This document shows, piece after piece, positions 11,339-22,455 of a stretch of 64,000 nucleotides of DNA; the stretch's first letter is position 1; each line of letters begins with the position of its first letter. This stretch comes from an uncultured Gemmatimonadales bacterium (lineage in GTDB: Bacteria; Gemmatimonadota; Gemmatimonadetes; Gemmatimonadales; Gemmatimonadaceae): contig CAWBZV010000003.1 in assembly GCA_963793305.1 (NCBI GenBank), forward strand, positions 480,001 to 544,000. The letters run 5' to 3'. The notes below the pieces were generated by a model. The model was given only the letters and a program-made list of their open reading frames with translations. It ran no database searches and had not been told where the DNA came from. The position numbers and the translations under genes were made by a program.

Positions 11339-12296
11339 GTGGTTGATACCCCAACGATTATCGGGATCAACGTCGGTGGGACGAAGACAGCGATCGTCGA
11401 GGGAACGACGGGCGGCGAGATTCTGCAGCGTTCGGTCATGCCGACGAACGGCGCGCGTCCGTTCGTCGAGACGTTCCCGACCCTCGCGGAGCGTGTCGAG
11501 CATACGATCTCGGTATCGCAGTCAGTCGGCCGTCGGCCGATCGCGATTAGCGTCGCAGTGGCCGGTCCGATTGACGCAGGAGTGGGCCACTTGTTGGACC
11601 CGCCGAACTTGCCCGGCTGGCATGATGTGCCGCTCACGCGTACGCTGGAGCGTCGATTCCCAGCGTTGCCGGTGTTCGTAGAGCACGATGCGAAAGCGGG
11701 TGCGCTTGCCGAGTTCAGATTCGGTGCGGGCGCCTCACGATCCGGACTGAGAGATATGATCTTCCTAACGTTCGGAACTGGAAACGGCGCAGGCATTATT
11801 GTGGGCGGACAACTCGCGCGCGGTGCGAATGAGAATGGCCGGCGAAGTATGGGCGATGCCAGTCGCGCCTGACGACAGTGCGCGACTCAAAACAACGGAG
11901 GACGGCTGGGAGAGCGTCTCTTCCGGTCGCGGGCTCCTCTCGATCGCGCGACGGTTGTATCCGTCTCGTTGGAGCTCGGCGAATCGCATCAGCGATGTCG
12001 TTGATGCCGCGCTGGCCGGCGATGCGGATGCCCTCGAGGTGATCAATGAGGCGGGTCTTTGGCTCGGCGCAGGGTTGGCGGTGCTCGTCAGCGTCCTCAA
12101 CCCACAGCTCATCGTCATCGGCTCACTCGCGTGCGTGCTCGGGGACCGCCTCCTGGTGCCAGCACGCGCCGTGCTCGCTCGCCATGCGCTGCCACGCGCG
12201 GTTGCCGCGTGCGAGATCGTTCCGGGCCTACTCGGGAAGCGACTCGGTGACGTGCAGTCTCTGATGGCGGCGATTGTCGCGCTCGGCCCGCTGTGA
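11339..12296 (+). CDS. ROK-family sugar kinase, frameshift at about 11835
   Basis: GINVGGTKT, PNLPGW, EHDAKAGALAE, TFGTGNGAGII. Confidence 0.85.
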
Positions 12297-13651
12297 GCGA
12301 GGCGAGTAGCGGGTACGCACGTCGTCTCGGTCTATTCGATGCTGCGATGGTTACGGCCGGCGGGATCATTGGCGGCGGGATTTTCCTGAACCCGTCGGTC
12401 GTCGCCCAGCGCGTCCCAACATCGACTCTCGTTCTCGTCGCCTGGGTCTTGGGTGGCGCGATAGCGGCAACGGGTGCTTTCTGCTTCGCGGAGCTTGGGG
12501 GGCGGCGCCCCGAGGCAGGCGGAGGCTACGTCTATCTAAAGGAAGCATTCGGCCCCCTGCCCGCGTTCTTGTACGGCTGGACGTTCCTCGTGGTCATCAA
12601 TACCGGTGGAATGGCGGCGGTCGCAGTCACGTTCGCGCACTACTCGGCCGATCTCGTTCACCTTCCCGTCAGCGCCGAGCGTCCGATCGCAATCGGAGTG
12701 GTGCTGCTACTCACCGTCGTCAATGTGCTCGGCATCCGTGCCGGCGCGACGACACAGAACATTTTCACGATCTTGAAATTGATAGCCCTGGCAGCCGTCA
12801 TTGTTGCCGGTGTCGCCATTGGGTTGGGCTATCACGGTGCGGGAGCCGCTCCGGTCACTGCTGACGCGCCCGTGGTTACCGGCGACTTGATCCGCATCAT
12901 AGGCGTAGCGCTCGTGCCGATATTGTTCGCCTACGGTGGTTGGGCGCATGCCAACAACGTTGGCGGCGAGGTGCGAGATCCCGAGCGCACGCTCCCGCGG
13001 GCGATGCTCGTCGGCATGGCGATCGTGGTCGTCGTCTATCTCCTCGCCAACATTGCCTATCTCGCCGCGCTCGGCCGAGATGGCCTAGCGGTGAGCCGCG
13101 CACCGGCGACGGATACCTTGCGCCGAGCAGTCGGTCCACTGGGCGGTACGCTCGTGGGACTCGGCATTGCGTTCTCCACGTTCGGATTCGTGAACATCAC
13201 GATCCTCTCGGCACCGCGGATCCTACAGGCCATGGCGGCCGACGGGCTCTTCTTCCATCAGGCAGCCGCCCTGCATCCACGCTATCGCACGCCGGCGGTC
13301 GCGCTCTGGTGCCAGGCGGCATGGGGTGTGGTCCTCACCGCAACAGGGAGCTACGGCGCGTTGCTCGACTATGTCGTATTCGGCGACTGGCTATTCTTCG
13401 CTTTGATCGTCGCCACACTGTTCGTCTATCGTCGGCGTGAGCGCGAGAGCGGCGCGACGACTGGGGGCTTTCGGGTACCGGGATATCCGGTGGTGCCAGT
13501 AGTGTTCATCGTGGCCGCGGTGTACGTCATGGTGAGCAGCATTCGATCGGGGCCGCGCAATGCGCTCATCGGGGCAGGGCTGATCGCACTCGGCGTTCCG
13601 GTCTATCTGATCTGGCGGCGTGCGCCAGCTGGCGTTCTTTCGGGCGAATAA
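12293..13651 (+). CDS. APC-family amino acid permease
   Basis: IIGGGIF, FAELG, AGGGYVYL, FAYGGW; about 12 TM segments. Confidence 0.9.
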   Translation: MSEASSGYARRLGLFDAAMVTAGGIIGGGIFLNPSVVAQRVPTSTLVLVAWVLGGAIAATGAFCFAELGGRRPEAGGGYVYLKEAFGPLPAFLYGWTFLVVINTGGMAAVAVTFAHYSADLVHLPVSAERPIAIGVVLLLTVVNVLGIRAGATTQNIFTILKLIALAAVIVAGVAIGLGYHGAGAAPVTADAPVVTGDLIRIIGVALVPILFAYGGWAHANNVGGEVRDPERTLPRAMLVGMAIVVVVYLLANIAYLAALGRDGLAVSRAPATDTLRRAVGPLGGTLVGLGIAFSTFGFVNITILSAPRILQAMAADGLFFHQAAALHPRYRTPAVALWCQAAWGVVLTATGSYGALLDYVVFGDWLFFALIVATLFVYRRRERESGATTGGFRVPGYPVVPVVFIVAAVYVMVSSIRSGPRNALIGAGLIALGVPVYLIWRRAPAGVLSGE

Positions 13652-13654
13652 ACG

Positions 13655-14983
13655 TCACACGGCGTCGGATACGCTCGTGAACGTGAAGTCGCGTGCCTTG
13701 AGCACGGGCATGGCCGTATCGCCATCGCCGACTCGACGCACCGGCCCGAGTGCGTCGAGGTTGTTGAGCACGAACAATGGCGACTCGTTGAAGCGCAGGT
13801 TCTTGACGGCCCGCGTGATCTCACCGCGCTCAATGAGAAACACTCCGTCGCGGGTGAGCCCGGTGTGCAAGGCTGTTTGTGGGTCCACCTCAACGGTGTA
13901 CCAGAATCGAGTGACAAGCAGGCCACGGTCAGTGCTGCGGATCATGGCCTCACGCGACATCGGACCACCGGCGACCTTAGATGACGTCGCACCGCCTATG
14001 TATAGTCGGCCTTGTCTTTTCGCCCAGTACCGTGAGCTCCACAGTTGCCGCAGGACGCCACGCTCGATCCAGACCTGCCGGCTGACCGGAAACCCATCGC
14101 CATCGAACGGCGCCGCGAGCAGATCCGGATCGGAGGGATCGGAGAACAGCGTTACGCGCGGGTCGACGACTTGCTGACCAACTCTGTTCCCTCCTCCGGG
14201 TTTGGCGAATGGGCTCCGACCTTCGTCGGCCTCGCGCGCACCGAACGACAGCAGGCCAATGATGGTGTTGGTCGCCTCTGGCTCTAAAATGACTGTGTAT
14301 CGCCCGGGCTCGATTGCCGCGGCGTTCCGGGAGCAATGTGCTGTATCGAGAGCACGTGACGCGACGGCGGCTGCATCGAGGTGCGTCCAATCGTGCTCAT
14401 TCGCTGACGCCCAGCCGGAGCCCATGCCATCCACGCTTCGCACGGAGAGGGTGTAGGTCGCGCCGGTTGCGCGCCAGTAGGCGGACAGTCCCGCGCTGTT
14501 GGCGAGCAGCGAGGATGTCGCGTTCGTCTCAATGGATCCGGCGGCCACGAACCCTGAAGACCCCGATTGCCGGGCCGGCTCGAGCGCCGCGAGCGCCACC
14601 TGAGCGCGCTCGCCTGCTCCAACTGCGGCCGTCGACTCAAAGTAGGCGTTGATGTCCTGATGGGTTTGTGGACCGAGCGGCGGCATAGCCTCCGGGTCCT
14701 CGGGCACGAGCTTGGCCAGCGACTCTGCGCGGTGAACGGCGGTCCGGAGGGCATCGTCTGAAAGATCGTTCGTCTGAATGGCAGCGTGCCTCGCGCCGAA
14801 CGACGTGTCGATGACGACGTGGGTGTCACGGACATCGCCGACAGTCGTTAATTCGTTCACCGCGAATCGCGTGTTACCCGTCATGGTGCTGACGATACCG
14901 ACGACTGTGACGTTAGCGGTCGCGAATCGACAGATTCGCGCCGCGATGTCTTCCAACTCCGTGCGCGGCAATGGCGAGCTCAT
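13655..14983 (-). CDS. tldE: TldE/PmbA-family protein
   Basis: EPGRYTVILEP, PFDGDG, TGLTRDGVFLIERG, NLRFNES. Confidence 0.8.
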   Translation of the reverse strand: MSSPLPRTELEDIAARICRFATANVTVVGIVSTMTGNTRFAVNELTTVGDVRDTHVVIDTSFGARHAAIQTNDLSDDALRTAVHRAESLAKLVPEDPEAMPPLGPQTHQDINAYFESTAAVGAGERAQVALAALEPARQSGSSGFVAAGSIETNATSSLLANSAGLSAYWRATGATYTLSVRSVDGMGSGWASANEHDWTHLDAAAVASRALDTAHCSRNAAAIEPGRYTVILEPEATNTIIGLLSFGAREADEGRSPFAKPGGGNRVGQQVVDPRVTLFSDPSDPDLLAAPFDGDGFPVSRQVWIERGVLRQLWSSRYWAKRQGRLYIGGATSSKVAGGPMSREAMIRSTDRGLLVTRFWYTVEVDPQTALHTGLTRDGVFLIERGEITRAVKNLRFNESPLFVLNNLDALGPVRRVGDGDTAMPVLKARDFTFTSVSDAV

Positions 14984-16575
14984 ACGCGCCGTCCGGTGTT
15001 GATGACGTTCACTTGCGAGAACAACGCTGGCACTGAGCCATGACTCACTGCGTTGGTCTGTACCGGCTCTCCTTTGCCGTCGGCGAATGTTCCCCGGAGC
15101 TCATAACTCCGTGGCCCGCCCAGCATCCGGAGCGAGTTCCAGAAGTCGAGCGTGCGAATCTGATAGCTCACATCTCGCAGCATCCCGATGATCTTGCCCC
15201 CCCTGATCTCATAGAAGAGCTGGCCGCCGAACTGCGCGTTGTATCGTTGATGGTCGATCGAGAATGAGCCGTTGCCGATGATCGCGATGCCGTGGTCAGT
15301 CGCGGCGATCAGATCTTCCCACATCAGGTCGTGATCACCCGGCAGGAGCGACACGTTCGGCATCCGCTGGAACTGTATACTTGCCCAGTCTTGCGCGTAG
15401 GAACAGCCGTGCGAGCGTGTGGGCCGTCCCGTTTTGTCGTACCACCACCTCAGCCACTGGGCCTGCTCGCGGGTGGTTTGATAATCGTCCAGTATCCCGT
15501 TCTTGATCAGCAGGAAATCATCCGGCGCGACGCCATCATCGTCGTATCCAATTGTGGCCAAGGCGCCCGGTTGGGAGCGGTCGGCCCGCACGTTCATGAT
15601 CGAGGGCCCATATTGCAGCGCACCGAGCACTTTCTCCGGCGGTGCGACGAAGCTCGTGCCGGCCAGGTTCGCTTCATAACCCAGCGCGCGGTCGAGCTCC
15701 GTCGCGTGGCCGATCGACTCGTGAATGGTGAGCCAGAGATTCGAGGGGTGGAGCACGAGATCGTATCGCTCGATCTCGACCGGCTTCGCACGCAGCTTTG
15801 TCGCGGCCTGCTCGGCCCACTCACGGGCACGGTCGACGAGGCCAAGTTCATCGACGTATTCCCACCCACGTCCCATTGGCGCCAGCGGGATACTAATGGA
15901 TTGAAATGCGGTGCGGTCCGATGAAATCGCGGTGAGGTCCATGGACGGTCCGCTGCGGATTGCGGTCTGGGAGATCACCGAGCCATCAGTCGAGGCGTAG
16001 TGACGCTCTTCTTTGCCGAACCACAGGCTGCTGGACGCGAACTCCACCTTACGAGTTGCGAGCGCAGTCGAGTTGGCCCGCAGTAGCAGGTCGACTTCCT
16101 GTTCGACCGTTACATCGAACGGATCGATGCGGTAGGGGCTAGCCCACCGCGCGCGTTGAGCCGGCGCCGCCGCGAGCTCGACCGGCATATCACGAGCGGC
16201 ACGCGAGGACTTCGACACGGCCACCGCTTGTCGCGCGGCGGCGGTGACGCCGTCAGGCGTCAGCACGCGGGTCGCCGCGAAGCCCCAGGTGCCATCGACC
16301 AGGGCGCGGACGCCGCAGCCGACGCTGTCAGATTCGCCGACTCCCACAACCTGATGCTCTCGGGTTTGGATCCCGTGGCCGCGCAGGCGCTGGATCCGCA
16401 CATCTGCGAACCGCGCTCCAGCCGATTGCGCAGTGTCCACCGCGCGCGCGAGCAACGTCTCGATGGTTGGCGGGTCGTTCATGACTCGTTCCAGCCATCG
16501 GAGCGCACGACCACGACCAGTCGCGACAGCCGCCATCGCCGTGGTGTGGCTCAGAAAGTCGCGGCGGCTGCTCAT
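14980..16575 (-). CDS. tldD: TldD-family metalloprotease with Tat signal
   Basis: SRRDFL signal, HESIGHATELDR, QRMPNVSL; ATGA-coupled to the upstream GT gene. Confidence 0.85.
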   Translation of the reverse strand: MSSRRDFLSHTTAMAAVATGRGRALRWLERVMNDPPTIETLLARAVDTAQSAGARFADVRIQRLRGHGIQTREHQVVGVGESDSVGCGVRALVDGTWGFAATRVLTPDGVTAAARQAVAVSKSSRAARDMPVELAAAPAQRARWASPYRIDPFDVTVEQEVDLLLRANSTALATRKVEFASSSLWFGKEERHYASTDGSVISQTAIRSGPSMDLTAISSDRTAFQSISIPLAPMGRGWEYVDELGLVDRAREWAEQAATKLRAKPVEIERYDLVLHPSNLWLTIHESIGHATELDRALGYEANLAGTSFVAPPEKVLGALQYGPSIMNVRADRSQPGALATIGYDDDGVAPDDFLLIKNGILDDYQTTREQAQWLRWWYDKTGRPTRSHGCSYAQDWASIQFQRMPNVSLLPGDHDLMWEDLIAATDHGIAIIGNGSFSIDHQRYNAQFGGQLFYEIRGGKIIGMLRDVSYQIRTLDFWNSLRMLGGPRSYELRGTFADGKGEPVQTNAVSHGSVPALFSQVNVINTGRRV

Positions 16576-17705
16576 ACGGGTTTCACCGCACCTTCCCACC
16601 AGTGCGCATCGAGAGCTTCTTGTAATTGGTTTTGGACACCCAACCAGTCCCACCGGCTGCGTTGCCGGATGAACCGCATCGTCGGATACCACGGCGTGGT
16701 ATCGGCGAAGCCCCATTGGAAGTCACCGGGAAAGGGGAGAAGAGTCAGCGTTGGCGCACCGAGTGAGCCTGCCAAATGAGCGACAGAGGTGTCGACGGTG
16801 ATCACACCGTCGAGACTCGCGATCAAGTTGGCCGTGTCCGCGAATGACTCGAGTGGCGGGTCCGGCAACCGGAGGAATCGCTTATAGATAAAAGCCTCGT
16901 CCGCCCGTTCGCCGACCTGCAGGCTATAGAATTCAACATCGGGTCGCCAAAAGAACGGCATGAGAACGCGCAAGGACAACGAGCGCTCCATGTGGTCGAA
17001 CCACCCGCTGCACGCCCATGCGAGTCCGAGACGAGCGGGGTTCGTCCGTTCCGGCAACGTCAGCGGCGAGGGGGCTGACCGGCGCACGAAGGGCGGCAGC
17101 GAACCAACCAGTCGGGGCAGGAGGCTGGCGTTCAGCGCGCGATCAAAGTGGGCGTCGGTCCTGGTGCGATCCCACGCCTGCATGCCCGACAGGTGACCGA
17201 AGTTGTACTCAAAAAATCGTATCAAGTTCGCGTCGACGGCCCAGAAGATCGGCGCCGATACTCTATCGTGCAGCGCTTCGGCGAAGCGCAGCCAGCTAAT
17301 TGTTGCGCCGTAGTCAGTGAGCTCCGCGACGAGGAGCGTCTTTCCGGAGAGGTCTTCGACCCCATCCCACCAACGATCCACACCCGGAGGGAGAAACTCG
17401 GGATTGGTCGGCCATGACACGTCTTGCCAACCGTTCCAGTCGCCGAGCCGCTTCAGCGCGTCGCGTCGGTCAGCGGTGCTTTTGTCCGAGTCGTGCGGTC
17501 GAGTCAAAGCGAGAGCTACACCCCAGCGCCAGAGAGGGATGGAACCACCATCCAAGCACGCGTTGGCGAGCCGGTAGAGATGTACGGGGTTCTCGCGCTC
17601 GCGGCTGGCATGCGCGACGTATAAGTCGATCCGATGCGTCTCCGGGAGGTCCCGAAAGGCGGCGCGGCAGGCCTCGAAGTAAAAGGCGACGTTGTTCGTG
17701 GTCAT
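16572..17705 (-). CDS. TPR/GT9-like glycosyltransferase paralog 2
   Basis: WDGVEDLSGKTLL, VDTSVAHLAGSLG, TPWYPTMRFIRQ; GD motif degenerate (TDYGA). Confidence 0.75.
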   Translation of the reverse strand: MTTNNVAFYFEACRAAFRDLPETHRIDLYVAHASRERENPVHLYRLANACLDGGSIPLWRWGVALALTRPHDSDKSTADRRDALKRLGDWNGWQDVSWPTNPEFLPPGVDRWWDGVEDLSGKTLLVAELTDYGATISWLRFAEALHDRVSAPIFWAVDANLIRFFEYNFGHLSGMQAWDRTRTDAHFDRALNASLLPRLVGSLPPFVRRSAPSPLTLPERTNPARLGLAWACSGWFDHMERSLSLRVLMPFFWRPDVEFYSLQVGERADEAFIYKRFLRLPDPPLESFADTANLIASLDGVITVDTSVAHLAGSLGAPTLTLLPFPGDFQWGFADTTPWYPTMRFIRQRSRWDWLGVQNQLQEALDAHWWEGAVKPV

Positions 17706-17774
17706 CCTAAATCACGGCTCCCGGTCAGAACGACGAGCATGCGAAAGTGGCGCGGCGACGCGGCTCATCCTGGT

Positions 17775-19650
17775 TCACCGATACCCAACCGCCTGCAGCT
17801 CGAACAGCTCAGCATACAAGCCGTTCTGCTTCAGGAGGTCTTGATGCCCGCCGTCCTCGACGACGGAGCCGTGTTGGAGAACCACGATGCGGTCGGCCAT
17901 GCGGATCGTCGAAAATCGATGCGAGATGAGCATGGCCATCCGGCCGGCCATCAACTCGGAAAAGCGCAGAAAGACCTCGTACTCGGCCCGAGCGTCCAGC
18001 GCCGCGGTCGGTTCGTCGAGAATAAGCAGGTCGGCAGCCCGCAGGTACGCACGCGCCAAGGCAACTTTCTGCCATTCCCCGCCGGACAGATCGACGCCGT
18101 CATCGAACCGTTTCCCGAGCATCTGGCGATAGCCATGCGGAAAGCGAGGAATCAGAGTCGATGCGAGCGAATCTTCGGCGGCCGCGATGATCGACGGGAC
18201 GATAGTCGCGGCCGGCTCGGTTCCCGGTTCGTGGCCCGCCACAGCGTCGAGGTACGACCGCGTCTCATCGATTCGACCGACGCCGATATTTTCGTCGAGC
18301 CGCATGTCGTAGCGGACGAAATCTTGGAAGATCACGCCGATCGCTTGGCGAACGGACCCCAGGTCGTACTCACGGAGATCCAAGCCGTCGAGCAGAGATG
18401 CGGCCTTCAGTCGGGTCGTAGAGGCGAGCGATGAGCTTGGCGATCGTCGTCTTGCCAGCTCCATTCTCACCGACAAGCGCGAGGCGCTCGGCCCGGCGCA
18501 ACTCGAAGTTGATGCCGCGGACGGCCCAACGATCGGTCCCAGGATATCGGAATCCGACACTCTCGAACACGAACCCATGTCGGATGGGTGACGGAACCAA
18601 CGGTGCGCGCGGCTTGCTGACGATCGTCGGGCGGATCTCGAAAAACAGGAAGAGATCGCGCAGGTAGAGCGACTGCTCGTACACATCGCGCGCCTGGTTC
18701 ACCGAATTCTGAATGATCGATCGCACCTGCATGAAGGCGCCAGCTAGGAAGGTCATCGACCCGAGCGTAACCGCGCCGCTCATGGTCGCGATCAGGATCA
18801 TGGCGTAGCCGCCGTAATACCCCAGGGTTCCGAGGAGGGCCAAGCTGGCGCCGGCGCGAGCGCGTCGCACCGCGAGTTTTCTATTTTCATTATAGTAGCG
18901 CTGGGCAAGCGTCCGGAATCGGTCTCGGAGCCAGATGCCGAGTCCGAAGAGCTGCACCTCTTTCGCCGTTCGGTCGCACGCCCCGACGTACCGTATGTAA
19001 TCGAGCTCGCGACGCTGCGGTGTCCAACTGTAGGCAAGCGAGTAACTGAGCCCCGCGAAGTGCGCCTCGCTCACCAGGCCCGGGATCACGGCCACGAGCA
19101 GGATCACGAGCAACCACGGGTTGAACGCGAGCATAGCCGCCGCAAAGCCGACGAGGGTGAGCCAATCTTGCCCCATCGACAACAATTGGCCAATGAGATT
19201 GATGCGGGACGTCGATTGTTGGCGTGCGCGCTCGAGCAAGTCGTAGAACGTCGGATCTTCGAACTGCGTGAGGTCGAGCGTCGCGGCGTGCGCCATGATG
19301 CGCTCGCTGACGCGGTTGACGAAGAGGTCACCCAGGAGCGAGTCGACCAGCGCCGACAAGCGACCAACGACCTCTGCGGTGGCGACGATCGTCAGTTCGA
19401 TCGCAAACAGTGTCCACATCCGGTGCCAATCCGGATTGTGCCCTCGACCGGCCGCGACGACATCGATGATCAACTTGCCGACCCACAGCGTCGCGAGCGG
19501 GAGCGCGGCCCGAATGACGCGGAAACCACCCATCGTGAGGGCGAGCGCCGGGCTGGTAGACCAAACCAATCTCAGTAAGCGCGGGATGTATCGCAGCCCC
19601 GCTAGTCGCCGACGGAATCCGGACGGTAGGCCGTTGGCGCGGGTCGACAT
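17775..19650 (-). CDS. ABC exporter, fused permease-ATPase (frameshift at about 18397)
   Basis: TM domain; GENGAGKTT, LSGGEWQK, LILDEPT, SHRFST. Confidence 0.9.
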
Positions 19651-19775
19651 CGTGAGGATCAGGATATCGCACCCGCAAGCATCGTGGAATACCGCGGCGG
19701 CGGGATCGCCGATGCTACTCGAAGCCCGCCTGTACGGTCACCGAAGGGGCTCCGTCTTGAAGGTACCATCGTAGG

Positions 19776-20126
19776 ATGAGCGAAGAACACGGTAATGGTG
19801 CGATGCTATCTGGCGACCATCTCGTCACGATCCCGGAGACGGTCGCGTCGATGCAGGTTGGTGAGGACACGCTCGTCCATGATATGATCACGCAGCGGTT
19901 GCACCGACTCGATGCGGTCGGAACGCGGATCTGGGAGCTGATCGATGCTGGCCACACGGTCGAGGTCATCGTGCAGACGCTCGCCAAGGAGTACCAGTTG
20001 CCGGACGACATGCCACCATCACAGTTACATGACGATGTGTTGGCAATAGTGTCCGACCTGCATCGCCTCGGCTTGGTCCTCAGCGATCACGCCGGCTCGA
20101 GGATCTTGAAATCTACCAACTGCTGA
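19776..20126 (+). CDS. PqqD-family RRE (stand-alone)
   Basis: RLDAVGTRIWELI...IVQTLAKEY...DVLAIVSDLHRLGLV. Confidence 0.8.
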   Translation: MSEEHGNGAMLSGDHLVTIPETVASMQVGEDTLVHDMITQRLHRLDAVGTRIWELIDAGHTVEVIVQTLAKEYQLPDDMPPSQLHDDVLAIVSDLHRLGLVLSDHAGSRILKSTNC

Positions 20127-21171
20127 ACGGTCCAGTTGGAAATCCGTGTACCGGAACGCTGCGCCTGCGCCTGGATATCGGCGGTGGCACGTTGTCCATC
20201 AAAAAGTGGCAGAATGTCAACGATACCCGCCAGCACCACGAGTCGATCAGACGAGCCTAGGCTTTGAAGGTGAGCCACGCTGTCTTTGCCGTTGGTGACC
20301 CAGAACCGTCGGACGCGTAGCCGATCAGGTACCGAGTCAGACACCAACTCGTCGTACGTCTCGCGGCTAAGGCGCGCGGCAAGGCGAACCCGCGGTCCAC
20401 CAATGGCGAGAACATCCGGCCACGACAACACAGATACCAAGCGTGCCGCGCTCGAGTAAAACTCGCGCTCCCGGCCGTTCCATGTATCTCCCCAGGCTTG
20501 TCGATAGAGCGCCGGATCACTCTCATTGTCAATGTCTGCCGCGGTGACGCGCCCGGGCCGTTTGGCGTTGTCGCGCGATGCCAGGAGGTACTTCAGTGCG
20601 GCGCCGCCAATGTCCAGGTGCTCAATGCACCAGAGCTCGATGAGATGACTCGATCTCACTCAGCAAAGACAGGAGACGGCGCCAGAACTCCCGTCCGACG
20701 GATCCCCGCACGACCTGACAGTAATACGTCGAGCAGATAGCGTTTCGGTATCGCCAGAATGCCGCACAGCCCACCAGCTTCGATGTAGTGCGGGCACCTC
20801 AGCCCGCGAGCGACGCCAAAGGCGTGGTCGGCTTGAGCATAGAGCAATGCATATGTTGCTGGCGCATCCAATCCGAACGGCGTGACTCCCACCTTGGCGG
20901 CGATGCGCGCCTCGACCGAGTGACGACCGATGTCTGTTTCGGGCGATGTGTCGTTGAGTATGCCCCCGACGGCGAAGTTCGGGAGGTGGGGGAAAAATGA
21001 GCAGCACTTCACATCGGGTCGGAAGGGTGCCACGCCGGTCTCTGGGGAAGGTCGGCACATGGTGCAGTCCGAACACGTCGCGCGCGATTCGTCAGGAATT
21101 GGACCACCAAACAGGTCCTGCAACCATCTCGCGGTGAGTGGCGGCAACTGCACTGACGCTGGGGAACGCAT
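20087..21171 (-). CDS. YkgJ-like Cys-cluster (Zn/Fe-binding) protein, frameshifted
   Basis: CSDCTMC..KCC, RCPHY..LCGI, RNAICSTYYC spread over three frames. Confidence 0.6.
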
Positions 21172-21306
21172 GGCGGAATGAAGTCTATCGAGTCTGCCCT
21201 CCGCATCACGAGACTCACGGAGCGGATCTCAGACTCGCCTGCGATCGCACAATCTCGCCCATGCCGCTCGTGGGGTGCTCCCGTGAACTGGCCTAGCATT
21301 TCGCCC

Positions 21307-22455
21307 ATGGGCGAGCTAGCGACCTTTGCGGACTCTTGTGAGGTATTCTTTGCCCAGGCGCAGCTGGGAGAGCGAGCCTCGGGGCGGCTAAGCGCTATTC
21401 GTTGCGATCCAAACAATCCGATACTCATCCATGAGCTCGCCGGCGCGGCCTGGCTCAATGGGCGACCAGATCTGTGGTTGCAGGGCACGGCACTGGCTCT
21501 GCAATTGCCGCACGAGACACCTCAATCACTATTCGTACGCGCCTGCGCAAAACTACGGCTTGGTAATTGGTCTGGATGGCGAGATTACGAAGCGCGGCAT
21601 ATCGGGCCCGGCACCGTGACGTCGGAGTCGGCATATGCACGGGCCTTGGCCTGGACAGCTGTGACGTGTGAGAGTGTCGCCGATCTTCGCGACAAGACAC
21701 TGCTCGTGATTGAAGAGGGCGGATTCGGCGACAGCATTCAATCGATGTGTTTTGTTCCTGCGCTCGTCGCCGCCGCCGAGCGCGTCATCCTGATGGTCAA
21801 GCCGGAGTTGGTCACGTTTTTCGAGCACAATTTCGGAAGCGTGGCCGTGATCGCATCGTCCGAGCATCCCCGCTATGATGGCTTCGATGAGTACATCTGG
21901 AGCTCATCGGTACCGACATTGTTCGAGGAGATTCCGCCATTCGAACGGCTGACCGCTCCCAACCCTCGGCGACGATCTCGTGCCGGGACTGAGCCGTCGC
22001 GCGTGGGGATCTGTTGGGCGGCTCGGGTGTGTGAGCCACATGTGGCCATTCGCCGCTCGATTACCGCGCTCGAAGTGCTGAAGCCACTCTTCGCGCGTAC
22101 CGACATCGTTTGGCAGAGTCTTCAGATCGGTCCGCGCGCCAGCGACATAGCGACGTATCCAGCTGTGCAGGGCGCGGATCCGTCGATAACGACGTTCGCC
22201 GACCTGGCGAATCTGGTATCGGAATTGGATTGCGTCGTGAGCGTCGACACAGCGGTTGCCCATCTCGCGGGAAGGCTCGGTGTCCCGATCTATCTATTGC
22301 TTCCCTACGCAGCAGATTGGCAATGGGGGCTCCATGACACCACGCCATGGTACCCATCGATGCACCTTGTTCGCCAGCAAAGACTCGGCGACTGGGAGAG
22401 CGCGATCGACCTGCTGTTGCGAGAGCTCAGCGGCCGAGGGGTCGCCGTTGGCTGA
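21307..22455 (+). CDS. TPR/GT9-like glycosyltransferase paralog 3
   Basis: EEGGFGDSIQ, VSVDTAVAHLAGRLG, TPWYPSMHLVRQ. Confidence 0.8.
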   Translation: MGELATFADSCEVFFAQAQLGERASGRLSAIRCDPNNPILIHELAGAAWLNGRPDLWLQGTALALQLPHETPQSLFVRACAKLRLGNWSGWRDYEARHIGPGTVTSESAYARALAWTAVTCESVADLRDKTLLVIEEGGFGDSIQSMCFVPALVAAAERVILMVKPELVTFFEHNFGSVAVIASSEHPRYDGFDEYIWSSSVPTLFEEIPPFERLTAPNPRRRSRAGTEPSRVGICWAARVCEPHVAIRRSITALEVLKPLFARTDIVWQSLQIGPRASDIATYPAVQGADPSITTFADLANLVSELDCVVSVDTAVAHLAGRLGVPIYLLLPYAADWQWGLHDTTPWYPSMHLVRQQRLGDWESAIDLLLRELSGRGVAVG

